DNA from: Neoechinorhynchus agilis
Taxonomy: Eukaryota > Animalia > Acanthocephala
Direction: 5' to 3'
Assembly (NCBI GenBank): GCA_051530055.1
Contig: CM121342.1
Coordinates: 3,134,797 to 3,198,796 of the forward strand
Length of the DNA: 64,000 nucleotides
The translations under genes were made by a program, and so were the position numbers. Numbering within the stretch: the first letter of the stretch is position 1; every line of letters begins with the position of its first letter. The notes beneath the pieces were generated by a model. The model worked only from the letters and a program-made list of their open reading frames with translations. It was not told where the DNA came from and did no database searches. Shown in pieces: positions 11,450 through 24,143 of the stretch.

Positions 11450-12789
11450 TTAATACATAATCCTCCGAATTAAATGTTCCAAAAGCGCAGCTAATCCATT
11501 ATCTGTCATATTATCAAAGAATCCTCGTGTCCTCAGTTTCTGCATGCAAACACATAATAAGGACGGAATGGCTGTTCTCGGCAGCCTGTAGATTCTGGAA
11601 TGTCGAGTTTCTTTTCCATGTTCGAAGACTTTGCCACCATAGATGTAACATTCCCCAAATTTGTTAAGAGTCGCCGCTTGAAAATGTTGCTTTGCTGGAA
11701 ATCTATATGATATCCGCAATTTAGGTTAGAGATTTAAAATAATCCCACCGCATTTCCAATTCCGGATATTTAAGGAAGAGTGTCCCATTTCATTTTATTG
11801 AGATTTAAAGTCCAAACAGTCCTTAAGTATTTGGTTTGTTCATCCTCCGGATCATCGTATCTTCCATTGAACAAAAGAATCTCATAACCATTAGATTTCT
11901 GGCATGCACTAAAACACTTTACCGGATACAGTTGATTTTCGACAGTACAAGCAAGTTCAGCAACGACCAATCTGTAGAAATCCTTCTTAATGTTATAAAT
12001 AAGAATTTCTTTAAATGATGGCACTTCATCGCAATCTTCCCACCCGCCTAATATAAACAAATAATTCCTATATGCGACCATTGCATGCTTGAAACGTCCT
12101 CCAGTGGAAGCCGCAACTCTTAAATCGAGCGAATCTTCGAATTTACTTGTAAAATCAATTTCGTCATTCGAACTAAGAAGTCGAAGTCCACTGACTATAT
12201 CGTTTCGTAAGGTTACGGGATGAAGAACAATAGATTTGAAACTATCTGGATTGTAAATTGATGCTCTAAGTCTATCGATCTTCACGGAAATTAATTGCGA
12301 GTTGTAATCGTGCCCCGTTGTTCCTCCGTGAATATACAAATACCCGTCAAAGAGAGCGAGAGCAGCTCCATATCGCCTTGGGAGAGGCGGTTCACATTCA
12401 AGTTTGAAGAATTCAAAGGTGTTGAGGTTACAAATATAAAGTTGACCGGACGCTACATGACCATAAGGAAATCCAGTGCCGCCGTAAATTAACATGAATG
12501 TTTCACAGAATGCAATGGCGGAGGAAGGTAGAGTTTCACTTTTCGGGTAACATCCGGATAATTCACATTCTTCCCAAACATCCCGGATAGTGTCGAATCG
12601 CCAAAGGTCAGAATGAATGACCGGCCCAAGTAATCTTGTGGGCCGCCGACGGCTTCCGGTTAAACCGCCCCAAATAAACACAAATGATCCCGAACTGATA
12701 CAACAATGGCCACTTCGTTCACACGGACCGCATGGACCGTTTTTGACGTTTTGAAAGCCGCCAGTATCATATGAAATTTGCCTGGTCAT
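11450..12789 (-). CDS. KLHDC10: Kelch domain-containing protein 10
   Basis: RSGH, IWGG, YGGTGFPYG, HGGTTGHDYNS, RFKH kelch repeats and C-terminal YIYGG..IPSLL. Exon 12789-11773, 65-nt TIR-bounded insert, exon 11707-11450. An acceptor-like tttag before the ATG suggests further upstream exons. Confidence 0.9.
11708..11772 (-). mobile_element. 65-nt TIR-bounded insert / candidate non-canonical intron in KLHDC10
   Basis: ATATCCGCAATT (11710-11721) and AATTCCGGATAT (11758-11769) are 11/12 complementary. TA is duplicated at the junctions and the insert contains an in-frame TAA. Confidence 0.75.
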
Positions 12790-13624
12790 CTAAAGTAAAA
12801 AAATACTATCGTCTTACACGAATTTGCCTTCCTGCAATATTTTTAGTTTTTTTTAAAAAGAATAAGCATCTATTTTAAACCTAAAAAGATATATCATAAG
12901 ATTATTCGTTTACTATTATTTCTATTGACAAATTTTGATGGACCGTCATAAATATTCTGTTCGCACACAGATCGAAAACACTCCGACGCCAATTTGATCA
13001 TCTCTCGCGGAAATCTTAAATTCAGACATTGCGGAGAATCACCAAAAGCACAATCGCGATTCTTCCGTGTTTCCTGTAGCTTATAACGCGGTGATGTCAC
13101 AATTCCAAATCGCCTTTTTTCGTGTGTGTAAATCACCTCGCTGCAGTGATCGCTTTTCAGCTTTGAATTTATTCGTCGGAGGGGGCGTAGTGGCGCACGT
13201 TCAGAATGCGCTCGATATGTCGCTGGATTCCACGGGGGTTGCGAGGTTACTGGAAGGGTAGAGATCAGTTTTGAGATCGCCCATTGGCCCCATAAGGGGG
13301 TTGGCTCTGTCCCTTCGAGTGCGACCGAGCGCTTCCGAAGTGCCTGAATTAGTAGCCGAGAGGCTCCAAAGGATATGTAGATGAGAGGCTCCCAAAAGAT
13401 ATGCAGTAATGCCATGAGTGTATGCGATTTAGGATAAATAAATAAGATAAATAAAATTCAATGGAGCCGCATTCTAACCGGAGAACTCTGCAGTCCTCAG
13501 CTCTGCCAAATGTGGTACCTCGACTAAGGTGACGTGTGTTTAAAATATTCTATTCAATTGATAATTTCAAATAGAACTTAAATCGGTTTTATAAACCAAG
13601 TAGTTTTTATAATTTAAGCTCATT

Positions 13625-15260
13625 TTATCTTGGTGTATTTTTGGCTCAAGATTTTACGGCGGGATGCCCTTCCTGACGACGACCCTTCCCATTTGTCCGG
13701 GTTTGGGACCGGTACCGAGTTACCCCGATCGTGCACCTCAAAATGATCAGTGATAGCCATGGAAAAACGCTGGACCAATGCAAGGACATTTTCGATAGGT
13801 GGAAGGAATATTTCAGTACTCTGCTGAACACTGAGAATGACAAACTGCCTCTAGAGCACGTACACCCGAATGTCAATATGACGAGGCCGTACTCGTACGA
13901 TGAGATGGCTAAGACTGGTAGGAGCGCCGGTCCAGATAGCATTCAAATCGAGCTGTGGCAATCCTTGGGAGTCTTCGGAATAAAGTTGCTCACGAGGAAA
14001 AGATCCCGTCGGAATAGCAGGGAAGCATATTGATACCGATATTCAAAAGCAAAGGAGAAGTTCTGCAGTATAGGAGCTACCGCGGCATTAAACTCATGTC
14101 TCACACAATGAAACTGTGGGAACGAATGATCGATCACAGGATTAGAGAGGAGATCTGAATCCGCGAGGACCAACGAGGATTCATGCCCGGCAGAAGCACA
14201 ATCGATGCAATATTCGTTCTAAGGCAGCTGTATGAGAGGTTCAGTGAGATGCAGGGCCCGTTGCACATTGTGTTCGTACGGCACGGTCCCTCGAGATTTG
14301 GTGTGGGCATGCCTCAGGAAAAGGAATTGTCCCGAACATTATGTCGCCGCGATTCGAGCGATGTATCGAGAATGCTACACCTGCGTTCGATGCCATGGCG
14401 GAACCATCGACTATTTCCTAGTCTCCGTTAATCTGCAACAGGGTTCGGCCCTGAGCCCATTCTTGTTCACGATCGTGATGGACGTCCTAGGAAATGCGGA
14501 AAGAGAAATTAACGCAGGACGATTTGGTGCTCACAGCAAGGGATGTGGACACGCTCAAGAATTTGCTGGAGATTTGGCGACAACGATTAGAGAGCAAAGG
14601 ATTGAGAGCGAGCAGGTGCAAAACGAAATACATGGGACCGGGTAACCTCGATATGCAAGGAACTCAGATCGAAAAGATGAACACATTCAAATATTTGGGC
14701 AGCATATTAAACATGCAATGTGAGCGCGCACCAGATATCGGACAAAGAGTTCAATGAGCGTGGAAAAACTGGAGGAAGGCAACTGGCATCCTTTGCGATA
14801 AGCGTCTCCCGAACACGCTCAAACGGCGGGTGTACAAGGCAGCAGTGCGACCCGCCATGCTCCACGGAGCAGAGAAGTGGGCTACGAAGAAGAAAGACGT
14901 TCAACGATTAGCCGTCAACGAAATGCGGATGCCTAGATGGTCCGCAGGATTGACACGCAAGGATCGATTGCCCAATAAGGAGGTGCGAAAGCTGTTTGCT
15001 GCCGAGCCGATTGAGGAGACAATCGCTAAGAGTCGGATGCGATGGTACCTGCAGGTGACAAAAGCAGATGAAGACGTCTGAGTGAAAAGCGTATGGAGAA
15101 TCGAGCTCGAGGGGGAAAAGGAGAAGGGGGAGGCCCAAAAAGAAGTGGAACGACAGTGTGAGATGAGATTTCAAGACGCTCCAAAAGGAGAAGAACAAAG
15201 ACGAAAACCGACAATGCTGAAAAGAGCGACCTCTCAAGTGAGAGAAAAGTTCAAAGAAAT
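13625..15260 (+). mobile_element. RTE-clade LINE, internally deleted and frameshifted
   Basis: 5' motif ttttacggcgggatgcccttcctgacg; RWKEYFSTLLN, SAGPDSI, FMPGRSTIDAIFVLRQ, QQGSALSPFLF, FKYLGS, YKAAVRPAMLHGAEKW, EMRMPRW. Confidence 0.9.
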
Positions 15261-15565
15261 GTTGTTATTGACCATAAATGGAGTCAGACCACCGAATCTC
15301 CCAAAGTATTCGTGATCTATGATGGCCTGTCAAAATATCGAAGCCTTCAACAAATATATATTCGGAAAACACCACTAGGGACCGAGTGCCAGTTGGCAAT
15401 TATCCATATTAGTCCGTATTGCGGCTCTGGTAAATTGCACCAGTGATTAAGAATTGATGAGTCTTCATAATGTCTAATTGTTGCAATATGAGCATATCTT
15501 AAGCTTCTGATTGTTGCTATGAATTGATGGATCTTACGCTTCTCAAGTGAGAGAAAAGTTCAAAT

Positions 15566-16300
15566 TGTAAGCTGTCATCCGAGCTAGATTGTTGGCAGTT
15601 TCGACACGAGAATGGGGAGCGTGGTTGGAGGCGTCTCCTCTGGCGTCTCCTCTGGCGTCTGTGGGAACTCTTCTCACTGATGAGGTAACGAGGATCGCAG
15701 TGTCCTTAAGACTTGGTCTCCCGATATGCACGCCCCATCGCTGTCGATGTGGGTCTTTGGTTGATGCTTTCGGGCGACACGGTCTCGTTTGCCGAAAGTC
15801 AGGAGGGAGGTTCTCACGCCATTCTGAGATCAACAGCGTAATTTCTCGGGCCTTGAGAATGTCGAAGTTTCCCAACATCTTGGAACCCGCCCAACTTTGT
15901 TGACTAGACGGTCGTCGACTTGACGGAATTTCGGTCTTTCCGTGGCGGGAGGATAAATGCCTACTCTGGGACGCCATGTGTGTGGGCACCCTCGCAGTAA
16001 GCAAAATTCCCTACTCTCTCGAAATCGCTGGAGGTGCAAGGGATTTATGTCCCCTTCGTAGTAGAAACGTATGGAGCGCTTAGTAGCTCGGAACTCACTC
16101 TGCTACAGGATCTCTCGAAGAAATTTAGAGAAACGACCGGCGACGCACGAATAGGTGTATTCTTGCGACAAAATATCTCGCTTGCAGTACAACGAGGCAA
16201 TGCTGCTAGCGTGATAGCGACAGCCAAGGAAGGAGAGAAGCTAAGATTTTGCGAACGGTGGTGATTGTTATTGAAAAGCGACCTTTATGTTTAAAAAATT
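15566..16300 (+). mobile_element. CRE-clade retrotransposon 3' fragment
   Basis: LRLGLPICTPHRCRCG..GRHGLVCRKSGGRFSRHSEIN..EP..DGRRLDG..WDAMC..YVPFVVETYG..QRGNAASV. Confidence 0.9.
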
Positions 16301-16880
16301 AAAAAAAATTGAAATTTATAATTTGAATGACAGTTTTAGCGGCTTTTGTGATAACTGAAAATAGACTGATTATTCTATATTTTTGTTTACGATTAAACTT
16401 ATAGAAAATTCCGGGTTAAAACGTCCGTTTCTCATACCTTTTGCCGTCTTAAAGTTCGATAATTGGCCAGAAATCGAATAACTTTTGTTCAGAATTAAAC
16501 GTCGATGTTCGTACGTAAAGTTGTTCCGAGGGACAATTTCATAAATATAATTTATCAAGTTGTAATGATAAAGAAATAGGAATCTTTATTTCGAGCTTTC
16601 ACCGCGTTTTAATTTGGCGACATCTAAACGGTTTCGAGGTTTTATCGAGCTCAATGACCAGAACTCTCTCTCTCTCGCATTCCCCATCTATTAATAAACT
16701 TTAAAACAGTGGCGAAAATGACAAAGTGGAGTACGAAAAGTCCAAGTTTTTCTCTTTAAACAACCATCTCCTTTTGAACATGAAAAACTTCGAATTTCTT
16801 GATTTTTTATCGGCAATGTTTGTATTGATAACGAAATTAAGAGACGTTACAGCTTTTCGAATACTCAAGAATCAATCATC

Positions 16881-17684
16881 TTGATTTTAGATATGAAGAC
16901 TCCTTACAGACTTGAAGATGAAGTTTCAATTGCGTTGAACGAGAAGGAATCGATTAACGTGTGGGCGCTTCATGAGTACGCCGGTCAAATAGTTACAGTT
17001 GATCAACTAACTGTTGATTTTGTATCAAGTGTTAGTTTCCATGGTTTATGTCAATTGGCAGATGTAGAAGATTTCTCGAAATTGGACAATCGTGCATTGT
17101 GGTTTCGGCATTTGAATTTCGCCTTTCAGTGTAAATTGAACTTATTAAGCGAAAGCGAGAAAGATTTGATCCATCCACGATTGCGATATGCAATTAGTTA
17201 CGGCCTACATTGCCCATTGGATTCAGACATTATCTTGGAATATGAATACTGCATTCATGAAAGTAATGAAAAGCCTGGACGCATCCGGTACAATCATGAA
17301 ATATCGGTGATTCCTGTTGGTGTATTCTCTCATCGCAGCTTTATTGCTTGGAGTCTTAAGACATCAAAGAGGCATGAAACATCACACTTTTTCGGATCAG
17401 AACATCTCATGCAGTCCGTTTACCGATCAAGGCAATTGGCTTATGAAGAAGATGTATTTAGGCAATCCATGTACAGAATTATTCATGCTGATCGGTGGTG
17501 GTATCTGCCCATTAAACAGTGTAAATGTTATTCAACAGCTTTTTTTGATCAAAAAGATAAACGTTCGGACTTGTGTGACCTTCACTTGTTTCTCTTCGAT
17601 AAGACTTCTTGGAACATAAAACCAAAACATGATGTCTTGGTATTTGTGTGGATTTCAAAACAAAATAGTCATCCCTTATTTTGA
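16881..17684 (+). CDS. Hypothetical protein (267 aa, no recognised family)
   Basis: Long uninterrupted ORF in AT-rich DNA with protein-like composition; no motif recognised. Confidence 0.6.
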   Translation: MILDMKTPYRLEDEVSIALNEKESINVWALHEYAGQIVTVDQLTVDFVSSVSFHGLCQLADVEDFSKLDNRALWFRHLNFAFQCKLNLLSESEKDLIHPRLRYAISYGLHCPLDSDIILEYEYCIHESNEKPGRIRYNHEISVIPVGVFSHRSFIAWSLKTSKRHETSHFFGSEHLMQSVYRSRQLAYEEDVFRQSMYRIIHADRWWYLPIKQCKCYSTAFFDQKDKRSDLCDLHLFLFDKTSWNIKPKHDVLVFVWISKQNSHPLF

Positions 17685-17945
17685 AATTCACATTTAATAG
17701 ATTTTCGAAATAATGTTCAGACATCATCTGTTATCGACGAACGCGTTTTAGGTTCCATTGAACCCCCAGCAGCGAGTCTATACGAACATTCAATCGAATC
17801 AAAAAGTGAAGCGGATACTGAAGTTGCCGAGCTTATCATACGAAAATCACAATGTCTCGCTCTCGACACGGCTGGGCTTAGGCTTTCGGACAAACTTATT
17901 GAATCGACTAAACACAGCGAACGATATTTTTTTAACTCGACGGAA

Positions 17946-19114
17946 ATGAGATACGAGAGTAATCGTTACCATGAAAGTCAATATAAACCTGATTTGAAAA
18001 GAGCTCACGGTGATCAATCGACCTATGACAAAAACGACGAGACAAAGAAAATATCAAAAGCCGAAAAAATGCTACTGGAATTGAGATTGGAAAGTGAAAT
18101 GATAATAATTGGGCTCACGGGCGATCAAAATCTTGTAGATGCTTATCAGTTGTATGCATGCTCGCATGTTGTTCTAAAGTTTTCGTGTGAAATTCGTTTA
18201 TTTGACGTCCTATTGCAGAACTGGGAAAACTGCAATAATTTATTTTCCTTAAATCAAAGACGGATTTCGGTACTCTTTAAGCCAAAGTTCATCTTTGATA
18301 AGCATATCGAAGGGCGAAACGATGGAGTTCATTTTGAAAATATTCCAGTAAGAAACGCCGTAGTGCGTAAAATCCCACAGTTAGAGCAGCTCACTCTCTG
18401 CAATCTTCTTTTGGACGAAAGGGATACCGTCGTGCTTAAAAAGTTTTCAAACATGAATAAGCAATCTTTGACGTATTTCCGAATCTCGAATCTTGCCGTT
18501 AAACAAAATGTTAAATCATGCATCGCTTATTTGGAGTCAATTGACACTGGAGCTATAAAGCAACTACAACTTCATTTTATAAATGCGAATTACATTAACA
18601 GGCGTCAGTTCCGGACTTGTTTAATTAAACGGATCTTCAAATTTCTTTAACTTTAAGAAGATTCGTTTAAATAGAATCGTTTTTCAAAAGTAACATAAGA
18701 CTTGAAGCACTTAGTTTTCACAATATGTACGAAATTGAACCTCTTTTCGTGAAAAATGAATTCCTTCCTCAATCACCGTCGCTAAAATTCCTTCAAATAA
18801 CAGGTCTAAGGAATGAATCCATCGTTAACAATATCCTTCAATTCATACCAACGATCCGAAGCTTGAGATTTGTCCATATTTCTACAATTGCAGACGTAAT
18901 GGCATTCAATGAAGACTCGTCGATTCTTGATCACGTGGTGCAAAAAATGCGGCCTATGAATTGTGAAATGGTATTGTCGTGGATTTCAAATGCCGAAACT
19001 TCAATGAATAATATGCCTAACCGGTTCATCCTTATCAATATTACGAAAAATATGGAGCGACTTATAAAACACATGCACAACGCCAGGATACGAGGATTAT
19101 ATGGTATCGAATGA
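17946..19114 (+). CDS. Hypothetical LRR-like protein
   Basis: ORFs 17946-18650 and 18725-19114 join in frame through a GT-AG intron at 18604-18674. LxxLxL-like patterns (LEQLTL, LTYFRI, LKFLQI, IRSLRF). May start upstream near 17758. Confidence 0.55.
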
Positions 19115-19815
19115 AAAGTTTCATCTATTGAAATAAACCTATTGATTTATTTGGGCGTCGTGATCAAATCTTCGTCGAATTAATGTCCATCGATCTGTAA
19201 AAAATGAAAGGTTTAAATAGAATATAATGATTCAAAACCAGTGAACATTGTTTTTTAAATTTTTGAATGATCATTGAACTGCGATACGCTAGGAAGAATA
19301 AATTTAATTAAAACAATATAAACATAAAAAAATTTTGTCCTCTGATTGTCAATGATTCGTCTGAATCTCTTGAGGTCCTTCGCCGCGGTACCAAACGACC
19401 CGAGTGTACGACAAAGGGAACAAGATAATCATTTCGGCCCCAGATCCATTTATTTGGTCTTTTTGCAATCCTCAGCCTGGGCTGCTGCTGTGTGGTTTGG
19501 TTTAAATTCAATTCCACTAAAACTCTTGGTATTTAGGTAGCCATTGTATTTTTATGAAATTCTACGGGAGCCAAGCACTACAAGCATCGGGAATGATGAT
19601 TGAAGACTTGAACAATTACTACCGAGCATTTTGGGACCGAGTCCACGCAGTACTTAGTAGTGAATAAAAACTATTGTTTAAATTATTATTTAAACGTAAA
19701 ATATATATTCCTAAAATCAAAATATTGTTTAAATCCAAATATTTGTTCGTGAAATCCAAATATTTATTCATGAAATACCCTGGAGAAAGGTGGTTTAAAC
19801 GTCGAAAGGGATATT

Positions 19816-20562
19816 TTATTGCATTACACGAACAAGCTCGTCGAACAATCCAGCTTGGATCGAAGCGATTATCATCTCCCACTCGGGATTAAAAAGTACT
19901 GCCCCTTCCTCCGTTAATTTTCTTATCACACGATCAATCGGTTTGATTGCATTCCTTCTCAGAAGATATTCTCTCGAATTGGTAACTTCGCTAATTCTAT
20001 GCGAAAAATAAATCGGTGGCCGTTGAACGAACGTCGATCGTTGGATTTGGGTTTGTCGTTGCAAGTGTATTCGATTCTCAGTGTCCTGAAGAAAATATAT
20101 ACGAAAAAAACAAATAATAAGAACCAATGTATTTGTTGTTAAAACAAATACGTTTTCAAGGTCCTGCACATCTCGTGCAACACAGCGATCAGCTGAGAGA
20201 CCAAGGGATTTAAAGAAATTATCAGAATGCCGTGTGACACAAATAAAAACGTCATCGTAGCTACCAGGAGTGATTCGATCTCTTGTGAGTTGGCAGGGAA
20301 CGACATGTACCTGATAATGACGTCTGCGGAATCTATATTTCACAACATAGTATCGATAGTTTCCATCTTCTTCTGCCGGCCAAGAATATGCAGGGATCAT
20401 GGATGATGATTGGTTGCGGACAGTTGTGACAACTTTGAATCCAAAATTGATAAAAGCGTGATGGACGACCAAGAACATTAAGTCAGCTCTGCATTCGATT
20501 TTGTCAGCGTAGAAACGGGCAGTTGCAATTAAATCAATAATACTATTGTTCCTTCTTGTCAT
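19816..20562 (-). CDS. PI31/Fbxo7 FP-domain-like protein
   Basis: ADLMFLVVHHAFINFGF..P..W...Y.VKY resembles the FP domain. Probable stop-free GT-AG intron at ~20086-20151. Confidence 0.45.
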   Translation of the reverse strand: MTRRNNSIIDLIATARFYADKIECRADLMFLVVHHAFINFGFKVVTTVRNQSSSMIPAYSWPAEEDGNYRYYVVKYRFRRRHYQVHVVPCQLTRDRITPGSYDDVFICVTRHSDNFFKSLGLSADRCVARDVQDLENVFVLTTNTLVLIICFFRIYFLQDTENRIHLQRQTQIQRSTFVQRPPIYFSHRISEVTNSREYLLRRNAIKPIDRVIRKLTEEGAVLFNPEWEMIIASIQAGLFDELVRVMQ

Positions 20563-21139
20563 ACTAGAATTTAATTATTGTTACATTCATAAAGGAAATT
20601 GTCGAAAAACTAACACGGATATTAATTGCCGATCAAACTCTGAATATTCGTTGATTTTTAAAAAACTACACTCTCTCCTCGATTTGTACTGCTCATTGTT
20701 TTCTTTGGATCGATTTATTATTGATAAAAATAATGGCCGAATTTCGATGTCAACTAACATGTTATTGTTTACCAATTGTTAATTCTGTGAGCAAACAGTA
20801 AAATTTGCCGTTTATGTTCCTAAACTACGAAATAATAAATCAGTTTTGTTAAATAGCACCCTCAATATAATCGAACGGTCTGCGTGGATCAAAGCAGGCG
20901 TAAATAAATACCAAAACTTAATGTACATTTAATGTGAGAGTTTTTAAGTTCTATTTCACGCCCTTTGTAATTAAATTTAGAAAAATTGTCAATGCACAGC
21001 AACTTTTCTCCCATTTATAAACATTTTGTGCTTAATTTCTTAATTCAAGTGCTCTGTTTACAACAAGCTTTTTTAACTTTTTTATAAATTTTTCGTGTAA
21101 GACAAAATGTATTCAATCAATCTTCATCTCTCGACAATT

Positions 21140-21896
21140 AACACACTCACCACCTCCCGCCGAATTCCAGCTTTTGTCCTTCCTCGACCGTCGCCATCAC
21201 GCTGGCAACATTGCCCCGTTGTACTGCTAGCGAGATATTTTGTCGAAGGAATACGCCTACTCTTGAGTCTCCGGTTGCCTCTCTCAATTTCTTCGAGACA
21301 TCCTGGAGCAGAGAGAGTGCCGAGCTGCCGAGCGCTCCATACGTTTCTACTCCGAAGGGGACAAAATAGTGAGCCCTTGCTAATTCCCTATATTTTCGTG
21401 CACCTCCAGCGATTTCGAGAGAGTAGGGAATGTTGCTTACTGCGAGGGACGTGCACGGGAAAACCGAAATTCCATCCGGCCTACGGCCGTCTTGTTGACA
21501 AAGGTAGGAGGGTTCCAGGATGCTCGGGAAGTTCGCCGTTCTCAACGCCCGAGAAATTACGCTGTTGATCTCAGAATGGCGTGAGAACCTTCCTCCTGAC
21601 TTTACGCAAACGAGAGCTTGTCGCCGGAAAGCATCAACCAAAAGACCCACATCGACAGTGATGGGGCGTGCATATCGGGAGACCAAGTATAAGGATACTG
21701 CGATCCTCGTTACCTCGTCAGTAAGAAGAGTTCCCACTGATGCCAGAGGAACAGCCTCCAACCACGCCCCAGATTCTCGTGTTGAAACTGCCAACAGTCT
21801 AGCTCGGACGACCCCATCGCGAGAACCGGAAAGTAGAGAGCTGTGAGCTCTCGCGACAAGAGGTCCGTCCCAGATCGACTGTCTGAGGCCATTCAC
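21140..21896 (-). mobile_element. CRE-clade retrotransposon 3' fragment
   Basis: ESGAWLEAVP, GRFSRHSEIN, DGRRPDG, FVPFGVETYG, QRGNVASV. Confidence 0.9.
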
Positions 21897-22310
21897 GGGA
21901 GAAAAAAAACAAATTTTTAATTCATTCTCAAAGGTGAGAAACGCTAAAAAAATTTACTATTTAATATTTCAGAGCTGGTAAGAAAACAAGATTAAACTCG
22001 ATTGGTCATTCGCTAGAGAGACTTCTCTGGTAAAAGTAAGACAAAAAAGCTTCTAAAGTGCTTATTGGTTACATTTTTTAAAAGAGTATTCACCAAAAAA
22101 ACTAACAACGAAGCATTGATTAAAACAAAGCAATCACATAAATAACACGTACAGAAGATTCTGCGTAAGAATAAAATTAAAAATAAAAGAGATTCTCGAG
22201 ATTATTAAAAGCCAAGTTTAATACCAACGGAATTGTCTAAGTCAGCAGGATTACCGTCCGGTATGTTGTGGATTTTCAGCATCACCGAAATATGATTTAC
22301 TAGCGGCTTC

Positions 22311-24143
22311 TTGATAGGTAGGTATTCGAGCTTCGATAAAATTTATTCCCCTCAAAGAATAGTGGGTTGTACGGATGCTCTGGTAACCAAGGCAATCGAT
22401 GCAGCGTTGAATCAATTGCAATTAAAGGAGGAAATGGTGGCCACTGAAATTAACAGAAGACTAATAAGAGAGCGATCAACATTCAGATTTCCATCTCGCA
22501 GCTTATGGGACAATCGGTGCAATGATACAGTTCGTACTCGAGCTTTCAAAATATTTGAACGTCCAATATTTTGTCGAAGTTTTACGAAAATTGGATATCA
22601 AGTTATCAAGACTAGAAATTTAATTCCGTCTATAAAAGATATGATAGAAGGCGGTGTCAGCCTTGCAATCCTCGATTTGAAATCAGAAAGATTCTCGTTT
22701 CATCGTAAGGTCGTAAGTGACTGATTATTGAAAATCAATGGGTTCTTTAATTTCTGTCTTCAGTCATAAAAAATGCAATTAATGAGAACGCTGCGTATAT
22801 TTACGGATATCCAGTTGTACCGATTGGCGCAGAGATAAGAGCAAAGATGGAAATGCCAACCAACTACGGCACTAAAAGATCCACATTTAAAAAAATCGAG
22901 TTTGCCGGAGGTCAAGAGTTCTAAACTGCCAAGTGAATTAGAGTACTTTTCATGCCAGACTCAACTGGAAAAGGATATAAGGTGCGTGTAGACGCGAGCT
23001 AAAAAAAATTTAAATAAGCGTCAAAAATAGGTTTTGCATAGAAAATTCCGTTGATTTCGCAATTGTATCGGCAAGCATTAGCGTTGATGTGTTTAACACG
23101 ATTTTTGACACGATCGATAAGTACCGAATTAGGAACTCAAAGTCAAAAGATGTTTTAAAAGTATTAGTTAAGATAGATAGTCTTCATTCACTTCAAACCA
23201 TACAAGAAGTAATGCATAGGATTCACGGTTTCATAATTGCACTCACTGATGATCAATCTGAAAAAATAATCGAACAGGTGAGCTCGTAAAAACAACACTT
23301 TATCGCTTGAATATTTCTCTAATATGAAACATGTCACCTAAGAAATTTTATAGATAATTCGACTGTCCGCAATAATCGATTTAAATAGATCATGCAAAAA
23401 AAGACCAAACCTCGGCTGCATCTAATTCCAATCTTTTTATTTTCCATTTAGATGTGTTCCGCGGAAAAATTAGTAATAAAATCGGGTTTTTTATGCACCC
23501 GTAAAGCGATTATTCTTTCCAAGAAAAGTTCTCACTTGACAAGATGTGAACCGATCGATTTGGTGGATGCAATAGTTCTCTCTAATGATACTAAAGAGTC
23601 AAACGAAAATAGATTTTCGAAAAAAGGTCATTTGGTAAATTTTAATGCCTCGTGTGAATTTATTGCTAGATCAATATCCTAAGTGCAACTGAAAGGACAC
23701 TTCCGACTTTCAAAACTATCAGAGATTTCGAAATACAGTTCCTACAGAAACGTTCATCGATCTCAGGACTTGATGTGGCAATTATCAGTATCGCTCATAT
23801 TGCTTTACTTTCTGGGGCGATCGCGATAGTCGTTTCATGCAACACTGGAAATATTGCTAAACGTTTGAGTCGGTATCGACTCGAATGCCCAATAATCTGC
23901 GTCACGAATTCTGAAAGTTTGGCAAGAGAGTTGATGATTTATCGAGGGGTCGTGCCACTTCTAATCCTCAACTGGCACATTAAAGCAGTTGACGACTTTG
24001 GAGAAGGGGACACAATATTGGAGGCGTTGGCAGCAGTCAAATCTTCTAACCCATTTGCTGGAAAACTCGTAAATGTAGTGGTTTTGAAAAGAAAGTGGAT
24101 AAATTCCATGCTTTTGTATGGCGCTCAGGTGATTTGCATTTGA
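22311..24143 (+). CDS. Pyruvate-kinase-like protein, highly divergent; 5' end unresolved
   Basis: IKDMIEGGVSLAILD, PVVPIGAEIR, FCIENSVDF, KVLVKID, HGFIIALTD, TRCE..DAIVLSNDT and C-domain AIVV..TGNIAKRLSRYRLECPIICVT..ARELMIYRGVVP are collinear with PK. GT-AG introns; one unexplained frameshift near 22900. Confidence 0.75.

Noticed and set aside
12894-13415. 173-aa ORF upstream of KLHDC10
   Set aside because: No recognisable motif. It may contain upstream KLHDC10 exons or be spurious, so it could not be supported as a gene.
15232-15564. 24-bp direct repeat TCTCAAGTGAGAGAAAAGTTCAAA at 15232-15255 and 15541-15564
   Set aside because: It coincides with the RTE 3' end and probably brackets a small insertion or duplication. 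No feature of the enclosed ~285 bp could be identified.
19700-19770. ~21-bp short tandem repeat (aaatccaaatatttgttcgtg-like)
   Set aside because: Two to three degenerate AT-rich copies in an intergenic or 3' region; ordinary minisatellite.
22261-22279. Possible 19-nt GT-AG micro-intron upstream of the PK-like ORF
   Set aside because: Removing it does not give a continuous open frame into the PK-like exon, so it cannot be supported without transcripts.
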